DNA from: Heterodontus francisci
Taxonomy: Eukaryota
Assembly (NCBI RefSeq): GCF_036365525.1
Contig: NC_090421.1
Location: 992,001 to 1,056,000 of the forward strand
Direction: 5' to 3'
DNA: 64,000 bases
The position numbers were made by a program, and so were the translations under genes. Each line of letters starts with the position of its first letter. Within the stretch, counting starts at the first letter, position 1. The notes beneath the pieces are model-generated. The model searched no databases, had not been told where the DNA came from, and saw only the letters and a list, made by a program, of their open reading frames with translations. Shown one piece after another: positions 51,276 to 63,049 of the stretch.

Positions 51276-51549
51276 TTACAGGCATCTGGACAAACAACTT
51301 TGGGTTCCCCAAACCAGTTCATTAATACCATACAAGGAAGGGAACTTGCTACCCCTACGAGGTCTTGCTTACATGTGACTGCAGTGTCACACTATGCAGT
51401 TGACCTTAAATGCCTACTCAGGGCAACGAAGGGTGGAAAGATCCTAGTCTCAACTGGTGGTATGCTCAGAGTTTGTTAATTTCAACAAATCTATCATCAT
51501 CCTGCTAAAACGTCCATCGAGAAAAGACAGGATTGGATTTATCTGTGAT

Positions 51550-52875
51550 CAGTGATGGGGAAGCTTCTAGCAACCATTATTAATTTTGTCCTGAATTATC
51601 ACTTGGGCAAATGCAGGTTAATTAAGGAAAGCCAGCATGGATTCAAGGGTAAATCGTGTTTAACTAACTTGCTGGAGTTAACAGAGAGGGTTGATGAGGG
51701 CAATGCTGTTGATGTGGTGTACATGGACTTCCAAAAGGTGTTTGATACAGTGCCACACAACAGACTTGTGAGCAAACTTGTAGCTCATGGAATAAAAGGG
51801 ACAGTAGCAACATGGATATGAAATTGGCTTAGTGACAGGAAACAAAGAGTAGTGGTTAATGGATGTTTTTCAGGCTGGAGGAAGGTTTGTACTGGAGTTC
51901 CCCAGGGATCAGTGTTGGGACCCTTGCTTTTCCAGATATATATTAATGACCCAGACCTTGGTGTACAGGGCACAATTTCAAAGTTTGCAGATGATATGAA
52001 ACTTGGAAGCATTGTGAACTGTGAGGAACATAGTGCAGAACTTCAAAAGGAAATAGACAAGTTGGTGGAATGGGTGGACAAGCAGCAGATTAAATGTTAA
52101 TGCAGAGAAGCATGGGGATTCATTTTGGTAGGAAGAATGCAGAGAGACAGTATAAAATAAAGGGTACAATTCTAAAGGGTGTGCAAGAGCAGAGGGACCT
52201 GGGTGTAAACGTGTATAAGTTATTGAAGGCGGCAGGACAGGTTGAGAGCGCGGTTAATAAAACACACAACGTCCTCGGCTTTATTAATAGGGGCATAGAG
52301 TACAAAAGCAAGGAAGTTGTGTTAAATTTGTATAAAACACTGGTTCGGTCTCAACTGGAGTATTGCGTCCATTTCTGGGCACTAAACTTTAGGAAAGAGG
52401 TGAGGGCATTAGAGAGAGTACAGAAAAGATTCACGAGAATGGTTCCAGGGATGAGGAACTTCAGTTATGAAGATAGATTGGAGAAGTTAGAACTATTTTT
52501 CTTGAAGAGAAGGCTGAGTGGTGATTTGATAGAGGTGTTTAAAATCCTGAGGGATCTGGACAGAGTAGATAGAGAGAAACTGTTCCCATTGGTGAAATGA
52601 TTGAGGACGAGGGGGCAAAAGAAGTAATGGTGACATGAGGAAAAACGTTTTCACACAGCGAGTGATTAGGGTCTGGATTGCGCTGCCTGAGAGTGTGGTA
52701 GAGGCAGATTCAATCGAGCCATTCAAGAGGGAATTGGTTTGTTATCTGAAAAGGAAGAATGTGCAGGGCTATGGGGAGAAAGCAGAATAGCACTAGGTAA
52801 ACTGCTCTTTCAGAGAACCAGCGCAAACAGGACGGGCTGAATGGCCTCCTTCTGTGCTGTAACAATTCTGTCATT
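51550..52875 (+). mobile_element. CR1 LINE, decayed RT domain to 3' end
   Basis: SQHGFKGKSCLTNL, VYMDFQKVFD, GVPQGSVLGPLLF, KFADD; frameshifts and stops. Confidence 0.93.
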
Positions 52876-52939
52876 CTGAGATACCGTTGGGGGGGGGGGG
52901 GGGGGGGGAAGAGAAATATGAAAAAAATTATTTCCTTCA

Positions 52940-53062
<123 letters not shown>

Positions 53063-53279
53063 CTACAAACTTGAGCCAACAAGTTGAAAGGGTCAGACTC
53101 AGAAGAACACATGCAAATCACTGGCTGAGCTTACAGGGAAGGACCAACTCTTCCTCCTACAAAATAAATCCACAAACCCTCCCCCCAGAGCCACTGTAAA
53201 CACTGCATGAGGTGACTGAGGCCTCAGATGTTGCTCTACTTCTCTCCCCCAATGCCTAACGCCACCAATTTCCCCGATA

Positions 53280-53530
53280 ACACGATCACTTCAACTCTCA
53301 CTCCCTCTCACTCGCCTCCGGAACAACCTCTGACAGGCAGCATCTCTGACCAATCAGAAATCGGACTCCGCCTTCACCTCCTGCCTGGATGGCCGCGTTT
53401 CCGACCAAACGCTGGTGGACAGGGGCGGGACATCCTTTGGTGCCTTCACCGCCCGAGTGTTACCGGAAAGACCCGAGCTCCGGCGTGTGAGCGGTGACTG
53501 GGCTACCGCGGTTCGAGGTGCCATGCCGTT
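53280..53530 (-). promoter_or_regulatory. Small CpG-rich region; candidate proximal NABP2 promoter or 5' UTR exon
   Basis: CpG cluster, CCAAT at 53350, GGGGCGGG at 53422, possible minus-strand donor GAG/GTGAAG at 53378. Confidence 0.5.
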
Positions 53531-53649
53531 TGATACTGTCCCTCGCCTGGATTATTGACAACATCACTACAAGAGGAGGGCACCACTAATGTGCTGCATT
53601 CCAACTAAAAAAGCTCAAAATAAAACGAAATAAATTATTATCTTGTCAA

Positions 53650-54065
53650 TAACAACAACTTGCATTTGTATAGCGTGTTTAACGTGGTCAGACAGAGATT
53701 AGACACCAGATACCGGGACAGGTGTTGCAAAAACTCGGTCAAAGAGGGAGTTTTAAGGAGCGTCTTAAAGGAAAAGAGAGGAGAGGTTTAGGGAGGGAAT
53801 TCCAGAGCTTGGGGCCCAGGCTGCCAATGGCGGAGCAATGGAAATCGGGGCGGGGGGGATACGCAAAAGGCTGGAATCGGAGGAGCGTAGGAGGTTACAG
53901 AGATGGGGGGGAGGCGAGGAGGCCATGGAGGGATCTGGAAACAAGGATGAGAATTTTAAAATCAAGGCGTTGCTTAACCAGGAGCCAATGTAGGTCAGCA
54001 AGCACAGGGGTGAGTGGGCCTTTCGAGTTTGGTCATGGGCAGCAGAGTTTTGGATGAGCTGAAGT
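53650..54065 (-). mobile_element. L2-type LINE 3' fragment
   Basis: Minus-strand remnant ending ...CGCTATACAAATGCAAGTTGTTGTT, a tail shared with the DeuSINE. Confidence 0.6.
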
Positions 54066-55239
54066 TTATGGATCTCATAAGTGTATTGTCCTCATCACTC
54101 ATGATACAAGTAATGTCATGTGGTGCCCACCAGGTGTGGAAGGTCTCCAACATGTTGTTAGGTACCACATGGTCCCTCTCCACAGACAACAGGGCACACA
54201 CAAGGCTACAAAACAGGCATCCAGAGGGGGGAGGGATGTGAATTCTTGTAGACATGTGAAATTGCAAAACTATGATACCTCGAGCATTATGGATATTATT
54301 TGCAAGTTTTATTGTTTCCCCACATTTTATTCCACCCCCTCTCCACCCATTTCAGTATAAGGATTTACTGTTTTTAATTGGTTGTAAGGCACTTTGAGAT
54401 GTCTTGAGGTCATGAAAGGTGCTATATAAATGTAAGTTCTTTACTTGGGTGTCATGGTGAACTGCAATGGACATTAGTGTTGTTTTAGTCAACTAAAATA
54501 AGGTAGATTTATTTCATCAACTAAATTAAAACTAAACTTCAAAATCCAGAGGTGAGACCGATATTTAAATTATTTCTGGGACTAAAACATCCTTTTAGAA
54601 AAGATTTGAAGTAATTGTTTCAAGTTTCAATGCCCGGTTTATCATTGCTTGGACCCTCGTGCGGCTGTTTTTGAAACATGAATTTTGAAAAGAACATAAA
54701 TAGAGGAAGCAAAAAAACTACATTTTTCCAAGAATTAAACTAAAATTTGGGAACAAAAGACAGGATTACAAGTAGAACAAAATTTCTTCTGAAGATCATA
54801 AAGAAATGAAAACCAAAATTAGAGACAAGGCAAAAAAATAAAGTTAAAACTATTTCTAGGATGAAAACAAAACTGATAGCAACTTCCCAAAATCCAATCA
54901 CATGATTTGGCAAGTGGAATTTGTCTGATTGCATGATACAGGTATCTTAATATTATGTTGAGCTGGAGTGCATTACAATGATGTGACATAACTGATGGTT
55001 TGATGTGAGATCATAGACATTGAACGTAAAGCTTGCTTGATTCTGGAATGTTGGTTGACCTCTTAACATTGTGTTCCTGCTAATAACTCACTCCTACACA
55101 ACTGTTAATCAGGTTATGTTTGTATCTACAAGTAGTTGCAGTGTTGGCAAAGGTATGAGGTAAGAGTGGGAGAGACAAGGGGAATGGAGAAGGGAGAGGG
55201 CTGGTAGTAATGGGGGAATGCGTGTATATGGATGATGCA

Positions 55240-55965
55240 GCATGCTGCCTTCAAGCCAAAAAGACGTCCTGCCTATCACACAAATGAGTAATGTGATATA
55301 TGAATTTCAATGCCAGTGTGATGCTAGGTATATAGGCCGTACATCCCAAAGACGGGCAGATTGTATCAAACAACATGTCCCTTCCGCTGTTGGCGGCGGG
55401 CAAGGTACAGGCCGTACCCAACCAGCCCATGCTTGCAAAACTCAAAACACAGTGTCCAACATTAGATGTGATTCCAAGATTGGACAACATTTGCTAAATA
55501 ATCCACAGTGTGCTGAGAATTACACTGACAGCCAATTTAAGATTGTCAGTAGGGCTCGCAGTGTGGCACATTTGTGTGTACTGGAAGCTGCATGTATTAA
55601 TACACAGGACCCTGTTCTTTGCAGACAGAGTGGACATGTACACACATTGCACCTGTTTCAGCTGAACAAAATAAGTGACAGCCATTCGTTGGTTCATTCC
55701 TCAGGGCAATGCCTTGACCAATCAGAGTCAAGCTGCCTGGTTTAAATTTCAAACAAAGCTTGGCAGTTAACTGTTGGTCACCGTAAACTGGTGCATTCTC
55801 CATGGCAATGCCTGTACCAATCAGAGTTCACTTGCCAACCAATCAGCACTCTCTTCTCATGCAGTATAAGTTGTTGTTTTCCCTTACATTGGTTATTCTT
55901 GTGATTGTTCTGATGAGTGAAGAGGAAAAGCTTCGACAACATGTCTCTATTTTCAGCAATACTCA
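55240..55965 (+). mobile_element. Penelope-like element 3' fragment: GIY-YIG endonuclease plus pLTR
   Basis: NVIYEFQCQCDARYIGRT..R...IKQH and LEA..I motifs; hammerhead-like CTGATGA...GAAA at 55910-55928. Confidence 0.85.
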
Positions 55966-56627
55966 ATATTTTTTATTATTTCTGTATGCAGAATATGCCA
56001 TACAATGAAATCAATTACACACACTGCATGGAAATAGTTATTATTAAACTGTGTTTCCCTAACCCTAACGTCTTCATGTGAAGTGGGGTTAGGGGGTGAG
56101 GTTAACTGGACCGGGGCAGTCCCCATTTTAAACTCACATTTTTATACACCTTCATTCTAAATTGCCAAACCTACATTTCTAACAGAAATTGTCAATGTAA
56201 ACTTGTCACACTGTAATTACATCCTCCTACCAAAAACTTTACTGGAAATGAATGCAAGAGTAAGATTTTTAACATTTTATGTTTTAATATACTCCCTTTT
56301 CTTTTATTGATAGATCTCTACAATGATGTAAAACATGCCAATAATTTGGTGTAATTTTTCAATTGCATTAATTTCAATTTCTATACCCTTTCTCACTAAT
56401 ATTTAATCTAGTTTATACTCAATTCCTTATTTTAACCAATGTTGCCTTTATTATAAAAAGCACCTAAAATATACTAAAAAAGACTTGCATTTCTATAGCA
56501 CCTTTCATGACCACCGGACGTCTCAACGCTTTACAGCGAAGGTGCTTGTGTATCAAAACTTAATGAAGTGTAATGTGGTGTAGGTCTGGATTTGGACCCA
56601 GAGATTTACTTGTTCAGCATTGGGTTC

Positions 56628-57869
56628 TGTTGCGGGACAACTCAATCACCACACGAGGAGACGCAGGAACACGTTTCGATCGTTTATTCAAGTGTATACA
56701 AGGACGTCAGAAATGCTCCATCCATCAATATTGGCGACCACGCTCTGGAAGTGGTTCAAGAGTTCACCTACCTAGGCTCAACTATCACCAGTAACCTGTC
56801 TCTAGATGCAGAAATCAACAAGCGCATGGGTAAGGCTTCCACTGCTATGTTCAGACTGGCCAAGAGAGTGTGGGAAAATGGCGCACTGACACGGAACACA
56901 AAAGTCCGAGTGTATCAGGCCTGTGTCCTCAGTACCTTGCTCTACGGCAGCGAGGCCTGGACAACGTATGCCAGCCAAGAGCGACGTCTCAATTCATTCC
57001 ATCTTCGCTGCCTTCGGAGAATACTTGGCATCAGGTGGCAGGACTATATCCCCAACACAGAAGTCCTTGAAGCGGCCAACACCCCCAGCTTACACACACT
57101 ACTGAGTCAGCGGCGCTTGAGATGGCTTGGCCATGTGAGCCGCATGGAAGATGGCAGGATCCCCAAAGACACATTGTACAGCGAGCTCGCCACTGGTATC
57201 AGACCCACCGGCCGTCCATGTCTCCGTTATAAAGACGTCTGCAAACGCGACATGAAATCGTGTGACATTGATCACAAGTCGTGGGAGTCAGTTGCCAGCA
57301 TTCACCAGAGCTGGCGGGCAGCCATAAAGACAGGGCTAAATTGTGGCGAGTCGAAGAGACTTAGTAGTTGGCAGGAAAAAAGACAGAGGCGCAAGGGGAG
57401 AGCCAACTGTGCAACAGCCCCGACAAACAAATTTTTCTGCAGCACCTGTGGAAGAGCCTGTCACTCTAGAATTGGCCTTTATAGCCACTCCAGGCGCTGC
57501 TTCACAAACCACTGACCACCTCCAGGCGCGTATCCATTGTCTCCCGAGATAAGGCCCAAAAGAAAGAAAGAATGCAAGGAGAGACAACCTCGGGCAGTCC
57601 GAGCTAGCACTCTGATTTACACTCAAAGTTGCCAGTTTATATACATTTCGTGTCACGCAATATGGTTAGTTCATCATGTAGCTCTCTGATTAACCAGTTT
57701 TGTCTTTATCACATTAACTTGACGTTCCAAAATTTGTGGATTGGGCCGCATCCTGGTTTCAATCACTCCCTAACCTCGCCGCAAGTAGCTTGTCTATTCC
57801 TCATCCTACCTGTTGTATATTCTGCTGGATTGCCTTTCCAACTCTCGTTATTTCTCCTTAACCCCTTCA
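56628..57869 (-). mobile_element. ERV-like solo LTR (~370 bp net) interrupted by an RTE
   Basis: Minus strand starts TGAAGGGGTTAAGG and ends CCCGCAACA. TATATAAA at 57643-57636, AATAAA at 56688-56683; flanks GGTTC/GGCTC. Confidence 0.65.
56705..57572 (+). mobile_element. 5'-truncated RTE-clade LINE, young
   Basis: Open ORF end FTYLGS...LLYGSEAW...RRLRWLGHV...CHSRIGLYSH; (GAAA)n tail; imperfect TSD TACAAGGA/TGCAAGGA. Confidence 0.92.
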
Positions 57870-58019
57870 GGCTCCATTACTGAGCTTGGAATACAGACAT
57901 AGAACTGTAACTTGCATCATGTCCTGTGTGTGACATTCTGTGGAGAATCAAAAATTAGATAAATGATATCTGAGCGGTTTATTGTGGAGTTAACTCGAAT
58001 ATGTGGTGCAGTTAGGGAC

Positions 58020-58560
58020 CTATTTTGCCACTGCAGTCAGATTACGTCACAAACAGAAACTCCGACTGAAACTGGACAGTTATGATATGATACCACGCCC
58101 CCTGGCTGGCTGTCAATCATTTATATGCGCGTCACGTGTGGTTAAGTGAGGAGTCACTCATTTAACGTCACCCCTTCCGCCCGGGAGGGTTCCCATAGAA
58201 ATCCTCGCGTTGTCAAGGTTTCGTATAATACCCCGCCCTCTCCTGCCTGTGATTGGGTCTTCAACGAGACTCTTTCTTACAGTTGGTTTAATGTGACGTC
58301 AATCACCTGAAGGTTAGCACATGTTTAATTTCAATTGGCCGCGGTGGCTAACAATCATTTGTGGGCGGGGCCCTCGAAACAAACGCCTGATTTGCTGATT
58401 GACCTGTCGCTGAGCGGGATCAACGTCCACTTCCAAAATCGGCATTGGTCAATTGGAGCTATCACTCAAATCTCGGCGTCGGGATTGTTCGGATGAAACG
58501 TCAATCAGCGGAGGCACTGCGACTGAGGCTTTACCCATTTTAAAGGCTGGAGTGAAGGAT
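58020..58560. promoter_or_regulatory. CpG-island, probably bidirectional promoter
   Basis: CRE TGACGTCA at 58294, TTACGTCA at 58042, E-box CACGTG at 58133, GC boxes at 58231 and 58363, several ATTGG/CAAT boxes in both orientations. Confidence 0.75.
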
Positions 58561-58665
58561 GACGTTGAAAGGTTGTGGTATGTGTTGAAGGAAAATCTTA
58601 ACATAAAATTAACAGTTACTCATGCAACCTGGATTTGCGGCTTTCCGCCTGCTGATGGATCTTTG
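58500..58665 (+). other. Putative non-coding first exon of a plus-strand gene (RNF41 expected by synteny; start approximate)
   Basis: TTG/GTGAGT donor just downstream of the promoter. Identity is inference only. Confidence 0.4.
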
Positions 58666-59560
58666 GTGAGTGCGTCTATTAAAATAAATGTGTGGCTGCG
58701 ATGGAGTTATTCTCTCCCGCCTCCGGTGTGTTAATTGATGGGTCCAGGGCTAAGCTGTTCCTGCTGCGGACAGTAGGAAAGACCACGGTCTACAGTAGGG
58801 CCTAGTAATAAAGTCCTTTTTTTTGGAGTGTGACGGGGTGTGAAAATAAAATGTGATATTGGGAAGTCTAAACAGCAGGTTATTTAGTATCGGTATGGGA
58901 CCGAGCCACAACTTGAGTCCTTTACCAGGCATTTCAATCTCCTGACTAAAATAGAGTAGCTGTTCTCTGATAATCCAACTATTTATAGTGCCTTTGTATC
59001 CGTCTTTTCTCTTAATGCTTAAGAGTTTAGCTTTTCTCCGTTTCCATGTACGTTTATTTGTGTTATATCTGATGGTTAGTCAGTTAAATAGACAGAGATC
59101 TTGTCCTCTGGCCATGTTCAAGAGCAGAAACTCCTCAAGCTTCAGTTCAGTAGTTGAATGTGAGGAGGACAGGGATTTTAATCAAAGCCAGTCTGGTGGT
59201 TCTAGAAAAATTTATATCTCTAGCTTCTGCTGCCATTTTAGCTAGCTTTACTAGGTGAAGTGGATAAATGGATGTTGGCTCATGGTGAGGTCTGATAAGA
59301 TGCTTGTGAGGCTGATGGGTGTCATGGTGAAATCGTGTTTGGATAGCTTGAGTTCATAGAATGGTTACAGCACAAGGAGGCCATTTGGCCTGTCCTGCCC
59401 ATGCCGGCTCTCTGTACGAGGATCTCTGCTAGTCCCACACTCTTGCCTTTTCCTTGCAGCCCTGCATTTTTTTTTTACTTCAGGTGCTTATCCTTTTTGA
59501 AAGGCATGATCAAATCTGCTTCCACCACACACTCAGGCAGTGCATTTCAAACCCTAACCA

Positions 59561-59592
<32 letters not shown>

Positions 59593-59772
59593 AAAAAAAT
59601 CCTCCACTAATAGGGGGAAAGTTAGAGATCGCTATTATGGTTGATGGCAAAGTAATTTTAAAATTGGGATTGTAACAAAAAGTCTTTATTTGGTGATGCG
59701 TGGGAGATGTGGGGAACAGTTATAGGGGATGTACTCCAACCATTTTTAAAACTGACTTAAAGCTATGGCTTT

Positions 59773-59879
59773 CTTTTGGGCCTCCTTATCTCGAGAGACA
59801 ATGGATACGCGCCTGGAGGTGGTCAGTGGTTTGTGAAGCAGCGCCTGGAGTGGCTATAAAGGCCAATTCTGGAGTGACT
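59773..59879 (-). mobile_element. Very short RTE 3' end
   Basis: Inverse near-copy of 57460-57562; TSD TATGGCTTT at 59764-59772 and 59882-59890. Confidence 0.88.
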
Positions 59880-59992
59880 TATATGGCTTTATATTATGAT
59901 TTATTGATGTAATGGATCCCATTACAATTCTAGTGGCTTATTTTGATATTCTGATTTATGCTTGACCCCTAACTAATGTCATTGTATAAGAT

Positions 59993-60330
59993 AAAAGCAA
60001 AATACTGTGGATGCTGGAAATCTGAAATAAAAACAAGAAATGCTGGAACCACTCAGGTCTGGCAGCATCTGTGAAAAGAGAAGCAGAGTTAACGTTTCGG
60101 GTCAGTGACCCTTCTTCGGAACTGACAAATATTAGAAAAGTCACAGGCTATGAGCAAGTGAGGTGGGGGTGGGGCAAGAGATAACAAAGGAGGTGTAGAT
60201 TGGACCAGGCCACATAGCTGACCAAAAGGTCACGGAGCAAAGGCAAACAATATGTTAATGGTGTGTTGAAAGACAAAGCATTAGTACAGATTAGGTGTTA
60301 ATACACTGAATATTGAACAGCAGCAAGTGC
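59993..60330 (-). mobile_element. Penelope-derived fragment with variant hammerhead (60087-60123)
   Basis: Minus strand AGUU-CCGAAGA-A-GGGUC-ACU-GACCC-GAAAC-GUU/AACU. Confidence 0.65.
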
Positions 60331-61169
60331 AAGACCTTGTCGCTGCTTTCCCTATGTCTGATCTTATTTGACTCCAATTTCTTTTTGTGTATTTACAGTA
60401 TGACTGTTGTGTCCTTGCTGGTATTCTTGGTGGCTTTATATAAACACAGTAAATTGGTTAGTGCTTTATTTACTTGGCTGGTGCATTCCTTAACACTGGT
60501 CTAATATTTGTTTAAATTGCATTGTTTGGTTCCACACTGGAGACTTCGCTGCTGCATACGGTCCCTAACTGGTTTGTGGCGTGAGGAGGCTGTTTGCTTG
60601 TAATGAAACAAAATATGAATGATGGTTTTCACCCAAAGGGTGATAGAATAGTGGAATAAGTTGTGGGGAAAGAGCAAAATGTGGGGGTGGGAGGGGAGGG
60701 GGGACTAATTGGACAGTTCTTTCCAAGAGCCAGCACAAGTACAATGGGCCAATTGGCTGCCTTCTATGCTATATTATTTGTTCTTGGCAGATGAGCATGT
60801 GATTTTTGGAGGAATCTGAGTCATACTGTGATTCTGTGAAGAGGTGACTGGATTTGCTTATGAGATGGAATAAATATTGCTATGTCTTGGTGTGATCTAG
60901 ATGAGTACTGTACAGTTGACACTCCTGTATTCCTGTGATTTTATATATGAAGGTTATGTACATAATTTTCTTAAAGATGTAATAAATTTACTGAATTGTT
61001 TCTATATTTGATCTGTTAATTCATCTACAAAACTATGGGGAATTTTCATGATCCTTGATTTTGCTTTTTTTGCATGTTGGCTGCTGTTGTCAATGGCTCC
61101 TTTTCCTCAGACACTGTCCCTCTCCTCTTCAAGTCGTCTGTCTTCAGCCATCTTCGTCTTCAAAAAAAA

Positions 61170-61920
61170 ACCTATGCTCAGCCATCTGTCTTCTCCAACG
61201 TCTTTCCTATTCAAGCACCTCAAACATGTCACAGCCCAGCTCTGTGCTCATCCCTTTTTTTGTAGCTCTGTTTGAGCATATCCTAATGGCACCAGAACAG
61301 CCCTAGTCAAAGTCACAAATTATATTCTCAATGACTATGATGCCTTATCCCTCCTTTATCTTTTCAGCAATGCTTGATCTAATTAACTGCTCCAGCATTA
61401 CTTCTGACCAGCTCCTTGGAACTGCCCTTACATGGTTCCATTCCTACCTGTTCTAGTGCATCCCCAACAGTGGTGTCTGTTCCAGTTGTCACACCATTGC
61501 CTCCAGATGCCCTTGAGGATCTATCCTTGGCCTTTTCTCATCTACATGCTTCCTCTATGACATTGTCTGCAGACATGTGTTCAACTGCCATGTATATGCT
61601 GAAGACTCCCAACTCTACCTCTTTACTCCTTGACTGACTCTGGGCTGTCAGAGTGTTGGACATCAAGTCTTGGATGAGCCATAACTTACTCCAGCTTGAC
61701 TTTGGGAAGACCACAGCTGCCATCTTTGGCCTCTCCGTCACAGACTCTGCTCGTTTGCCACTAACTCTGTCCCCCTCCCCCTTCCCTGGAGCTTCCTGTG
61801 CCGAATCAGTCCATTTGCAATCTTGGCATCCTGTTCGACCCTGAGTTGAGCCTTAAACCCCAGATGCTCTCCATCACAAAGACTGCTTACCTCCATCTCT
61901 TGCAGCATTATCTAAATCTG
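61170..61920 (+). mobile_element. Old L2 LINE RT remnant
   Basis: ALVKVTN, DIKSWMSHNLLQL and NLGILFDPELS remnants. Confidence 0.65.
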
Positions 61921-62307
61921 CCCTTACCAATTGGCTTGACTGTAATTTCCCTTTCCTCTTCCTCCCCCTTGGAGGCTATGTTTGCACATGTGAGGTTTGG
62001 TGTAGGTAGGTGCCTGTTCCTGTTGGCATGTTGGTTCGAGGTCAAAATCTCATTTTGCTATTGCTGGCCTGTACAAACCTACACTTACTGGGTAAAGTGG
62101 ATTCAGCTGGTGCAGACACTACCCTGCAATATAAATGTTTTTAATGTGGGAGCGGCTGTTACTGGAAGCAATTTGCTAATGTAAGTGCAGTGTAAATACT
62201 GCTGTAATCTCGTTTTAGCACAGAAACAGGCCATTCACTCCAACTGGTCCATGTTGGTCTTTATGCGCCACACGAGCCTCCTCCCACTTTAATTCATCTC
62301 GCCCCAT

Positions 62308-62878
62308 TGTTACAACTGAGGTGGGAGAAGTGCACTGTCTTTTCTAGTTCCACAGGTCACAATATATATTTAAATGTTTAACTAGTTACCAATACAGTCA
62401 ATCATAGACTCTACTCTTTGTCCCAGAATAAAATACACTAACCAGGTTTCTTTAATAAAATTATCAGTTTATTATAAAACAAGACTTAACCAGTAATGAA
62501 GCAAAGTATTAACACAGAATGAAATATGAAAGTTCCCTTTTACCTTGGAGACACACACCCCTGGAAAAAAATAGAGATTTTCTCTTTAAAGCTCTGTTAC
62601 CAAAAAAGACCACTTTGGCCAAATACTTGCTAATTCTTGAAGAAAAAAGAGAAGATATGGAAAGATGTCAGTTGTCCCTTTTTAGTTTATCTGAAGACCG
62701 GTGACTTCCAGTAAATGTTTTCAAACAAGACCTCTGTGTCCTTTCAATGACCCCAGTTTAAAAAAAAAAAAAAAATCCATGGAATCCTTTTTGTTTTATT
62801 TGGGAAAAATGATGTCCATAATTCTAAAATACTTAAGTCCTCAAAAATACTTAAAAAGATAGAAGCACTGTCCTAACA
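62308..62878. mobile_element. Solo LTR (571 bp), Gypsy-like, inside a minus-strand CR1 3' end (62215-63045)
   Basis: Inverted termini TGTTA...TAACA; perfect 4-bp TSD CCAT at 62304-62307 and 62879-62882. Confidence 0.8.
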
Positions 62879-63049
62879 CCATCAACATATACTACTATTC
62901 CTTTCTCCCTCATGTGTTCATCCAGCTTCCCCCTTAAATGCATCTACTCTACCTCAATCGCTCCCTTTGGTAATGAGTTCCACATTCTCGCCACTCTCTG
63001 GGTAAAGAAGTTTCTCCTTAATTACCCTATTGGATTTATTAGTGAACTC

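Noticed and set aside
54475-54880. Possible DNA-transposon remnant (TTAGTCAACTAAAA, repeated ACTAAA)
   Set aside because: No clear terminal inverted repeats or TSD could be delimited.
56592-57515. 307-aa ORF as a host gene
   Set aside because: C-terminal part of an RTE ORF fused by chance to LTR/flank sequence; TTG start; RT core missing.
57810-58000. Ancestral NABP2 non-coding exon 1 ending at CAG/GTAGGA
   Set aside because: The donor falls inside the inferred solo LTR, so it cannot be called a native exon without transcript data.
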